Assembly (NCBI GenBank): GCA_022072165.1
Contig: JAJVIF010000001.1
Coordinates: forward strand, 1,258,598 to 1,322,597
Length of the DNA stretch: 64,000 bases
Source of the DNA: a bacterium
GTDB taxonomy: Bacteria; JAJVIF01
Direction of reading: 5' to 3'
The notes under the pieces are model-generated. The model did no database searches. It worked only from the letters and a program-made list of their open reading frames with translations, and was not told the DNA's origin. Of the stretch, positions 9,482 to 17,377 are shown in pieces; within the stretch, counting starts at the first letter, position 1; every line of letters begins with the position of its first letter. The position numbers and the translations under genes are program-made.

Positions 9482-10402
9482 CTACTGCAGCTTGAGTTGC
9501 GATCCGGTGGAGCCGCCCAACATGATCATCATGAAGAGCTCCCCGATGACCTCATCAGCGGTCTTGGGGACCGGCTGGCCGGTGGTCATCGTCTGGGCAC
9601 CAGTCTCCGCGCTGGAAATCAGTTCCAGCTTGACCTGGTTCGCGCCACCGACCGCCTGACCGGACATGTTGGCCACGACTTTGGCGACAGGCAGCAGCGG
9701 AATAGTGTCGTGCAGATTGATGTGCACGTTACCTGCGCCGCCGGTGTCGCTGTAGTCCGCATGCCAGAACGGACTGTCATTAAATATCCCGGCCGGGACC
9801 TGCACTTTTTCCTTCCCGGTCCGCCAGTCGAAGGTGCCACTTGGTTCGGGAATCGTCGCGGGCTTCCCATCGGGAGTCATTTCCCCAACGGCGATGGCTG
9901 TTCCCTGCTTGGCGAGGTCTTTGAAAGAGACTTCATAGAGGGGCTGGCCCATGACCTGGAACTGAAATCGCTGCACCATGCTGGAAACAGGGTCCGGGCT
10001 GAGTTTCTGCACGCCATCGATGGCCTTTTTCCAGGCGGCATCATCGGTCTGGGTGGTCAGGAAGCGGAGGGTGAAACCACCAACGTAGGGCGCGATGGAC
10101 TGCCCCATGCTCCCTCCCGGATTGGTGAAGTTCCACTCGTACCAGTACGCCCCCCCTTCTTCACCGGTCAGGGCGAGGCGGACATCCAGCTGGAGGGTCC
10201 CCTGCTGGCCGGCATCCCAGGTCAGACGATGAGTCGCCTGCTGCCCAACTTTCCATGCCTTGGTCTGCGGGAAGACCATCCCGGACTTCAGAGCATCAAA
10301 AATTCCGGCTTTCGTCGCCGGTTCGGCAGACACCGGACCGCCCAACAGGCTGATCAGCCCACTCAGGGCCAGGATCCCAGTCATCCGGGAAAGTGATCGC
10401 AT
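9482..10402 (-). CDS. Secreted hypothetical protein
   Basis: Met followed by a signal peptide (MRSLSRMTGILALSGLISLLGG), with GGAG upstream. The start coordinate is +/-1 because of a hand-indexing ambiguity. Confidence 0.45.
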   Translation of the reverse strand: MRSLSRMTGILALSGLISLLGGPVSAEPATKAGIFDALKSGMVFPQTKAWKVGQQATHRLTWDAGQQGTLQLDVRLALTGEEGGAYWYEWNFTNPGGSMGQSIAPYVGGFTLRFLTTQTDDAAWKKAIDGVQKLSPDPVSSMVQRFQFQVMGQPLYEVSFKDLAKQGTAIAVGEMTPDGKPATIPEPSGTFDWRTGKEKVQVPAGIFNDSPFWHADYSDTGGAGNVHINLHDTIPLLPVAKVVANMSGQAVGGANQVKLELISSAETGAQTMTTGQPVPKTADEVIGELFMMIMLGGSTGSQLKLQ

Positions 10403-10502
10403 GGTGTCAGACTCCTTTGGTACCTCGGCAGATGTCGTGCCCGCCGCCAACTGTCAGCGCGGGGCGTCAAGTATACGTTCCGCCCTGTCAGGTGGAACGT
10501 CC

Positions 10503-12464
10503 CTAAGACTCCATTACTGCCGCCGACGTTGAACCCTGACGGGGGGGCAGGAGCGGCGCTGCCAGGTCTGGCAGGTACTTGGTCAACACGATGTGATTCG
10601 TGCCGGCCCCAAACTCCACCTGGTCCATCATCTGGCAGGTCAAAAAAATGCCCCGACCGCCATTTTCCTGCAAATGTTCGGTGGCCCGGGGGTCCTTCAA
10701 CGCCAGCGGGTCATAGCCGAGCCCCTGATCCTGGATGCTTAGGCGCAGACACCCCGGCTCCAGCAGGAGCTGGACCGCTATCGGGCGGCTGGCATCCCCC
10801 TGATGCCCGTGCCGGAAGGCGTTGGTCAGGACCTCATCGAGAGCCAGTCTGACCTGATACTGGATATGGTCAGAAATCCCGCGCGACGCCAGCCGCATCC
10901 GGAGGGTGTCCGCGAACAGCCCGAAGTCGGTGGGATAGAGCAGGCGCTCCTCCCGGACACCAATCGTGCAGCGGAGCAGCCATCCCCCCGCCCCACCAAG
11001 CTCCCCGACCACCTGTCGCAGGACATCCCAGTGCTGATGCGGAAAGGCCTGGGGGAGCCCCTGTAACTGATCGCGCACTGATTCGGCACTGCCGGGCTCG
11101 CCTGACGGGAGAATGCAGAAGCCCTCTCCTGGCAGCGCTTCCTGCTGCCAGACCTGCAGCACAGGACAACCGTGGGCGAGGTAGAGGGTCCGGTCGGGTA
11201 CCAGCGGCTGCCAGCTGCGACGCCGATGGGTCCAGGCGGAGAGGCCGACCGGGCCGAGTCCCGCGCATTCCATCGTTCGCCAGTCCGCTGAGAGGCGACC
11301 GGCGAGAATCCACCCCGGAAAGCCATCGGCCCGGGGCAACAGACAGGTGGAAATGAGTTCCTGCAGGACCTCCGGCACGGGGGTCAGTGGCCCGAGTCCG
11401 GCCCGGAGTCGTTGCGCGACTTCCCGCACCCAGGGCATCCATTCCTCATGACCCGCAGGGACCCCCACATGAATAAAGCCCTGCACTCCGCCCCCTAGGG
11501 GCCACCAGTCCTGCACCAGCGAGGTACCGGTGGTCACCGGCAACGCCTGGATGGTCCAGGGACCGGTCCAGAGCGATGGCGCGAGGGTTTGCTCCAGCGC
11601 TGGCGGTCCGGCCTGCATGAACGGCACGAGTTGTGAACTCGCCAGGTCCGCGCGCATGACGTCCTGGAAGAGGCATTCCACTAAAAGCCCCCCCCGCTCC
11701 AGCAGCCGACCACTCAGGATGACCGAAATGGCGGTGTCTCCGCGGCGATACTCCGCCCCCCGGCGGAACGGCTGCGGCTGCCCGAGCATCCCCTGCAGGA
11801 GACTGCGGGTGGCGTGGTCGAAGGGGAGTGTCAGCAGGGAGCGTCCACAGATGGTCAGCGGCTCCAGCTGGAGTCCCTCAGCCGCACTGGGATTGATGTG
11901 CCTGACAGTCAGATCGGCGTCACACAGGAGGAGTCCATGCTGGAGGGCTTCCGCCAGTGACTCCCAGGTGCGCAGATGGAGCGCACTCGGCACAGGGGCC
12001 GGTCGCGACACCATCGCCTCCTGCGCCGCCCGCAGCCGCAGATCCAGCGGATGGCCGCTCGCGGCGAGGGTGTGACCTGTGTGCGCGAGGTAGAGGACCA
12101 GGAGCTGTGTCGGGTCCCGGTCAGAGTCGAGACGGAGGATGAGGAGTTGCGGTTGCTCCGCACGCCGTCCCGGGAGGGCGAATCGACGCGGCGTGGCGGG
12201 CATCGGGAGCGGCCAAGTGAAGCGACGATCGTGGCTCGCCCGGGTCCAGAACTCCGGCAACCATTGCTCAATGAGGTCGGGGCTCAGGCCGCTTTGCGCG
12301 AAGAAGCGGTCATCGGGCAGGGGAATGAGGTCCGTGCCGAAGCCGCTCCGGGAAAGGAGCAGTCCGGTCTCGGCCTCGACTGCCGCGAGGAGTTGCACCA
12401 CCCGCGCTGGGGAGAGTCCCAACGCACCGGACAGGGGTCCGGCGGTCCCTGGCTCAGAGGTCAT
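10503..12464 (-). CDS. Multidomain partner-switching regulator: PAS domain, central degenerate region, and C-terminal HATPase_c anti-sigma-type Ser kinase
   Basis: C-terminal GHKL motifs (VLTNAFRHGH ... DQGLGYD ... GGRGIFL). PAS-like block LLLCDADLTVRHINPSAAEGL. Start chosen at the ATG at 12462-12464; the track ORF extends to 12671. Confidence 0.55.
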   Translation of the reverse strand: MTSEPGTAGPLSGALGLSPARVVQLLAAVEAETGLLLSRSGFGTDLIPLPDDRFFAQSGLSPDLIEQWLPEFWTRASHDRRFTWPLPMPATPRRFALPGRRAEQPQLLILRLDSDRDPTQLLVLYLAHTGHTLAASGHPLDLRLRAAQEAMVSRPAPVPSALHLRTWESLAEALQHGLLLCDADLTVRHINPSAAEGLQLEPLTICGRSLLTLPFDHATRSLLQGMLGQPQPFRRGAEYRRGDTAISVILSGRLLERGGLLVECLFQDVMRADLASSQLVPFMQAGPPALEQTLAPSLWTGPWTIQALPVTTGTSLVQDWWPLGGGVQGFIHVGVPAGHEEWMPWVREVAQRLRAGLGPLTPVPEVLQELISTCLLPRADGFPGWILAGRLSADWRTMECAGLGPVGLSAWTHRRRSWQPLVPDRTLYLAHGCPVLQVWQQEALPGEGFCILPSGEPGSAESVRDQLQGLPQAFPHQHWDVLRQVVGELGGAGGWLLRCTIGVREERLLYPTDFGLFADTLRMRLASRGISDHIQYQVRLALDEVLTNAFRHGHQGDASRPIAVQLLLEPGCLRLSIQDQGLGYDPLALKDPRATEHLQENGGRGIFLTCQMMDQVEFGAGTNHIVLTKYLPDLAAPLLPPRQGSTSAAVMES

Positions 12465-12677
12465 CCGTGTCCTGCTGGCGAAGCGCATGCGCCTGTGTGG
12501 GATGCGGTACGGCGGTAGCTGGTGGGGATACGCGCCCCAGTATAAGTTCGATGAGGCCCAGTGTGCATTCTTTTGACACACCCGGCCGAGGTCGCTGCCA
12601 CCCGGAGAGTCAGTGCAAGAACTGCGCCCAAACTGGACGTCGCTGCTGGCGGCTGGGGTCTGCTGCCGCAAAGAGAC

Positions 12678-13340
12678 TTAAAGCAGATAAAACGCCATCG
12701 CAGCGGCTCCCAGGGGGATGAGCAGATTGTCCGTACCACGCAGCGCGACGGCTTCCAGCAGGGTCGACCCCACGGCAATGACAGTCGCGGCGATGGTCCG
12801 GTCCAGGAGGGGCTGCCCGGGGAGTTCCAGGGACAGGACCGTCATAGTCGCGAGGAACGCGAAGAGGTACATCGCGAAGCTCCCCTCCAGGCTCCGCTCT
12901 TCACCAAAGACCCGGTACTTCAGACGCCCATAGCGACGTCCGATGATCGCTGCAAAGGCATCCCCCCAGGCGAGCACGAAGAGACCGATCATCGCCGGTG
13001 CCCGCTGGTCGGCGTCCCAGAAGGCCAGCAGCAGGATCACGAAACTGACAGGGAAGAGGATGGTCCCCAGATTGCCGGTCTCGGATTCCTCAATCGCCGC
13101 GAAGAACTTCAGCTTGTAGCTCGCGAAATTGATTCCGATGAACAGCGCTGGCAACACCACCGCCCAGCGGACATCCGTAAAGAGATGAAAGGTCGGCCAG
13201 ATCCAGGTCCCGATGGCGATGTGCACGAACTTCCGGGTGAAGTCGCCGGGGAGTTTGAGCCACGCCCGGACCCCTTCCGCGATGGTCAGCACCAGCGCGA
13301 CATAGCCCAGCGACAGGAGAAAGGCGACCGGGTTCGACAT
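12678..13340 (-). CDS. Polyprenol/phytol kinase (VTE5/dolichol-kinase-like, CTP-dependent) family membrane protein
   Basis: Multi-TM protein with the TRKFVHI motif and a WGDAFAAIIGRRYG block. Start taken at Met MSNPVAFLL; the track uses a TTG at 13394. Confidence 0.55.
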   Translation of the reverse strand: MSNPVAFLLSLGYVALVLTIAEGVRAWLKLPGDFTRKFVHIAIGTWIWPTFHLFTDVRWAVVLPALFIGINFASYKLKFFAAIEESETGNLGTILFPVSFVILLLAFWDADQRAPAMIGLFVLAWGDAFAAIIGRRYGRLKYRVFGEERSLEGSFAMYLFAFLATMTVLSLELPGQPLLDRTIAATVIAVGSTLLEAVALRGTDNLLIPLGAAAMAFYLL

Positions 13341-13393
13341 GACTGCTGGATAGTACCCCCCCTCGCCCTGCCACCCGGCTATACTCCGTCGCA

Positions 13394-13942
13394 ATGACCG
13401 CAGGACTCCCCCTCAATCGCATCCTGATAGTGCAGGCGGACCTGCTCAAAATCGCGGCGAGTGCCATTGTGAATGCTGCCAACACCGAACTCTGGCTGGG
13501 GGGTGGAGTCGCGGGGGCGATTGCTGCTGCGGGCGGACCGCAGATCGAAGCGGATGCCATGACCCAGGGTCCTATCGCACCCGGTGCCGCTGTGATCACC
13601 CGGAGCGGCCACCTGGGCAAGGAGGGCATCCTCTACGTCATCCATGCCGCCACCATGGAACCGGGCAGCCCCTCCTCCCCCGAACTCATCGCCAAAGCGA
13701 CCTTCAGCGCTCTTGAGCTGGCGACCCAGAAACGACTCCCCAGCGTCGCCTTCCCCGCACTGGGCACTGGTGTGGGGGGGGTCGCATTGCCCGATTGCGC
13801 CATGGCAATGCTCACCACCATGCAGAGCTATCTGAGCAGCAACGCCTACCCCAAGCTCGTACACATCGCCTGCTGGAATCAGGATGCACTACAGGCCTTT
13901 CGGGCAATCGCACAGAGTCTGACCGCTGGACCTCCATCATGA
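13394..13942 (+). CDS. Macro-domain protein (ADP-ribose / O-acetyl-ADP-ribose processing)
   Basis: IVQADLLKIAASAIVNAANTELWLGGGVAGAI and a PALGTGVGG-type phosphate-binding loop. Classic macro-domain signatures. Confidence 0.8.
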   Translation: MTAGLPLNRILIVQADLLKIAASAIVNAANTELWLGGGVAGAIAAAGGPQIEADAMTQGPIAPGAAVITRSGHLGKEGILYVIHAATMEPGSPSSPELIAKATFSALELATQKRLPSVAFPALGTGVGGVALPDCAMAMLTTMQSYLSSNAYPKLVHIACWNQDALQAFRAIAQSLTAGPPS

Positions 13943-16608
13943 GCCGCTGGCGCTGGCTCCTGCCGATCCTGCTGCTGGCTCTCCTGGTCCTGCCCGCCAT
14001 CGGTCAGCCGGGGGGGGAATCAGCCGAAGACGTGGCTGATGTTGCGGAGTCGGAAGTGGCAGATCCTGCGCCGGAAATCCTGGACCCCAATATTCAGATC
14101 CAGGTGAATGAAGACCTGTTGGGGCTCATCAGAGCTGGACAGACTTTTCCGATCGTCGTGGAGCTCACCACCCTCGAAAAACCGATCAATGGGATGCTCG
14201 AGATCCATCTGCCGGGCGAGCCCATGATGCAGTTGCCGTTGAGCCTCGCGCCTCCTGCGACGCACCGGCAAGTCTTTATCGGACGGCAGCAACCGCAGGC
14301 CATGAACTACAACCCGATGAGCGGTACCAGTGGTTCCGCTCCACCTCGCCTGACGATCATCCTGCGGGCAGGCAACCGTATCCTGGTGCGACGTCAGGTG
14401 GAGCTGAGCGTCAATCAGGGGGGCGTGCAGTGGGGCGAGCTGACCAGCCAGATTCCGCTGCTACAAGTCGCCGCCGGCGTGCTGCAGGTCGAGACGCCTC
14501 TCAATGGCATGACTCCCGAACGGCTGATGGAAGAACTGACCCGGGAGCGCTACGACCCCAGTGCCAGTAATCCGGCATCTGTGCCGACCGCCAGCTTGCC
14601 GATGAGCCAGGACCCGCCATTGGTCCAGGGCTTGCCGGCCGGCGGCTTCGCCATCCCCGGGGCCTATGGCGGTTTCGATCTGCTCTATCTGCATGGGGTC
14701 GACCCACGCCTCTGGTCGGCAGAGCATCAGGCGACCCTACAGGATTGGGTACTGCAGGGGGGCGTCCTCCTGCTGCATCCCGGGTCCGCGGTGGACTGGA
14801 ACCCCTGGAGCCTGGTGGGACTGACGCCTGAGGGGCGGGTGCCCGCCAGTGAACGCCCGGTCGGGTCCATCGCCGCCCTGGGCGACTTTCTCAGCACGCC
14901 GACGCCGATCCCCAGTTTGCAAACCGAGCGCTACACCCTCCCCGCATCGATGCGTCCGCTGGTGCTGGCCGAGGATGGCGCGCCGCTCCTGGGCTGGCAA
15001 CCCTATGGCCGGGGCTGCATCGTGGCTTGTACTATTGACCTGCTCCATCCGGAGTTGCGGGGCTGGCCGGACCTCCCTGCGGTCCTTCAGTGGATGGCCG
15101 ACTGGGGCGCTTCCCACCGCCTCACGACCGACCAGTCCCCTGGCTTGCAGGCGGCGATGCTACTGGGGCAGTCCGGATACTCTCCCTACGGGTACTACCG
15201 AACCCCTCAACCCGGACCGTCGGCTGCACTCGCGCTGCCTGTCTTAGGCTACGCCACCACCTACCAGGCATCACACGGCATACGACCTGCGCAGTACTTT
15301 CTCGGCGCGTATCTCGTGTTGCTGATCGTGACACTGCCCCTGCTGCGCAGCCGCAGCTCCTGGCGTCCGCTGACCACCCTCTGGGGCGTGGCGATGCTTT
15401 CCAGTCTGATCATGAGTCCCATCATCCAGCCACAGCCGATCCAGTGGCGGGCGGGGTCGGTGCGGTTGGGCGGCCCGGAAATGGTGCGGCAGCAGCCGAC
15501 TGCCATCGAACTCTATGCCCACCGGGGGCAATACGACTCCCGATTCCAGTTGCCAGATGCTGTCACTGCCCCCCGGCCGATACCGGGGGGCATCAGGCTC
15601 GCGCCCCGAGTTGGTGAGTTTGGCGAGGGGCTGACCACCGCCCCCAATCAGTATCAACTGCGGCTCCAGTCTCCCTCCCGACTGGAGGCCCTGACCCTCC
15701 CGATCTGGATGCGCATGACCCTGGAGGATGTGAAGCCGCCAGTCGCCGGCACACCGGGGTTCACCGCCCAGCTGGTCTCCATAGGCGAAGCGCCGCCTGC
15801 CGTACAGATCGACATCACAGACCCCACATTCAAACCGAATGCGCTGTACGCGCTGGCGGGACAGGGACGGTCGCTGATTTCCTGCCGGGTGGCTCTCAAA
15901 GACGTGTTTGTCCCAAGCCAGACCTGGCCCCTTGAGTTAGAGCGCCAGGATCGCGGAAGCGTGGACCAGCCCGAAGCGGTGGACTATGACTCCCAACGCT
16001 ACTGGTGGGAGCATCAGACTCCCGCATGGTCGATCGCTTCCGGCAACACCGTGAGTACAGAACAGCGGAAGCGCCTCGAGTGGCTCAACAGCTATGCCAG
16101 CGCCTTCACGCCCTGGGTGACACATCTGGGAGGGCTGGTGGTAGTCCTGGCCAGGCTGCCGGACCCCGAGTCCGGGGAGTTGCCAGACATTCGCATCTGG
16201 TTGGATTCATCAGCCTCATCGGTCGCCAGTAGTAACCCATTGGTCCGTCTGGGCTGGTCGCATCAAGTGTTGTTGGAGACGGTCGGCTCGGCGCTTCAGC
16301 TCCGCATGGAACCGGGGGGCATCCTGATGTGGCACACCGAGTCCCCGATGGCAGACTCGGTGGTTCTGAGTCTGACGCTGAACGACGATCCTGCATCGGT
16401 CGTGCTCGAAGCCTGGCGACCAGCGAGTGGCTGGAGCATGGTCGCGCCTCTCCCGATCACCTACGAAGACCGGGCGCGCTTTCCGGTCGGGACCAGTGGG
16501 AGTGCTGAAGCCCCGACGCTCTATCGGATCCGGGCGCTCCGGCCAACACAAATCACAAACCTGCAGTTCACCGACCTTGGCTATCCCGCTTTGGACTCCC
16601 CCGAATGA
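13939..16608 (+). CDS. Large secreted/membrane hypothetical protein (889 aa), paralog of 17378..19804
   Basis: ATG at 13939 overlaps the macro-domain stop (ATGA). Signal peptide, then a mid-protein LQDWVLQGGVLLLHPG motif, two or more TM helices near aa 500-560, and a large C-terminal domain. Confidence 0.55.
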   Translation: MSRWRWLLPILLLALLVLPAIGQPGGESAEDVADVAESEVADPAPEILDPNIQIQVNEDLLGLIRAGQTFPIVVELTTLEKPINGMLEIHLPGEPMMQLPLSLAPPATHRQVFIGRQQPQAMNYNPMSGTSGSAPPRLTIILRAGNRILVRRQVELSVNQGGVQWGELTSQIPLLQVAAGVLQVETPLNGMTPERLMEELTRERYDPSASNPASVPTASLPMSQDPPLVQGLPAGGFAIPGAYGGFDLLYLHGVDPRLWSAEHQATLQDWVLQGGVLLLHPGSAVDWNPWSLVGLTPEGRVPASERPVGSIAALGDFLSTPTPIPSLQTERYTLPASMRPLVLAEDGAPLLGWQPYGRGCIVACTIDLLHPELRGWPDLPAVLQWMADWGASHRLTTDQSPGLQAAMLLGQSGYSPYGYYRTPQPGPSAALALPVLGYATTYQASHGIRPAQYFLGAYLVLLIVTLPLLRSRSSWRPLTTLWGVAMLSSLIMSPIIQPQPIQWRAGSVRLGGPEMVRQQPTAIELYAHRGQYDSRFQLPDAVTAPRPIPGGIRLAPRVGEFGEGLTTAPNQYQLRLQSPSRLEALTLPIWMRMTLEDVKPPVAGTPGFTAQLVSIGEAPPAVQIDITDPTFKPNALYALAGQGRSLISCRVALKDVFVPSQTWPLELERQDRGSVDQPEAVDYDSQRYWWEHQTPAWSIASGNTVSTEQRKRLEWLNSYASAFTPWVTHLGGLVVVLARLPDPESGELPDIRIWLDSSASSVASSNPLVRLGWSHQVLLETVGSALQLRMEPGGILMWHTESPMADSVVLSLTLNDDPASVVLEAWRPASGWSMVAPLPITYEDRARFPVGTSGSAEAPTLYRIRALRPTQITNLQFTDLGYPALDSPE

Positions 16609-17321
16609 ACCGGGCTGCTGCGACCCGACTCGACCAGGTGCTCGGTGATCCGGCGCTGAGCCTGCTGCTGGTGCTCTTTGTGCTGGTGGGCTACCTGATC
16701 GTCCGGGTCCCCTGGGTGGACATGCAGGACGCGACGCAGACCACTGGGCTGGACTGGATCATGCGCCCCGTGCTCATGCCTGATCAGCGATCAGGCGATG
16801 GCTCACTGACTGGCGCAGTTCTGCTCTTGCAGGGACTTATCTGCGGGATGCTCCTGCTGCTGCGGGGCGCCGCCTTGCAGCTGCCAGGGGACATCCCGAC
16901 TCGCGCGGGAACTCTTCAGCAGCGCGCCATGTCCGACCTGTGGCTCCTGATCGCGATCAGCCTCGGTCTGGGCTTGCTGCTCTTTCCGGTGGTCTGGGTC
17001 GGGCAGCCGGGCGACGCGGAGGCAGCCTGGCAACATTGGTGGCCTCTGCAAACGGCCCTGCTGGGTCAGGCCGCGACGCTGTCCTGCTGGGTCATTCTCT
17101 GGTACGCCCCTCGTCCCGCCCGATTGTTCCAGTACCTCGGTGCCTGGCTGGGGATGGTGGCCCTGACTGTTCTCTGGCTCCAGCAGGCCCTCCCTGAGAG
17201 CGGGGCCGGCGCGGACTGGCTGGTGCCGACTGTCGGATTGCCCCTCGCCCTGGGACTCGCCTGCTACCTGAAGTGGTCGCACTGGCAACTCTCGACTCCT
17301 TCGGAGTCCCGCCTGCCGTGA
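16605..17321 (+). CDS. Polytopic membrane protein, hypothetical
   Basis: ATGA overlap with the upstream gene and about 6 hydrophobic segments. Confidence 0.5.
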   Translation: MNRAAATRLDQVLGDPALSLLLVLFVLVGYLIVRVPWVDMQDATQTTGLDWIMRPVLMPDQRSGDGSLTGAVLLLQGLICGMLLLLRGAALQLPGDIPTRAGTLQQRAMSDLWLLIAISLGLGLLLFPVVWVGQPGDAEAAWQHWWPLQTALLGQAATLSCWVILWYAPRPARLFQYLGAWLGMVALTVLWLQQALPESGAGADWLVPTVGLPLALGLACYLKWSHWQLSTPSESRLP

Positions 17322-17377
17322 CCGATCACCCCTCCCCTGCCACGCCAGAGCGGAGCAGACCTTGGCATACTCTCAGG

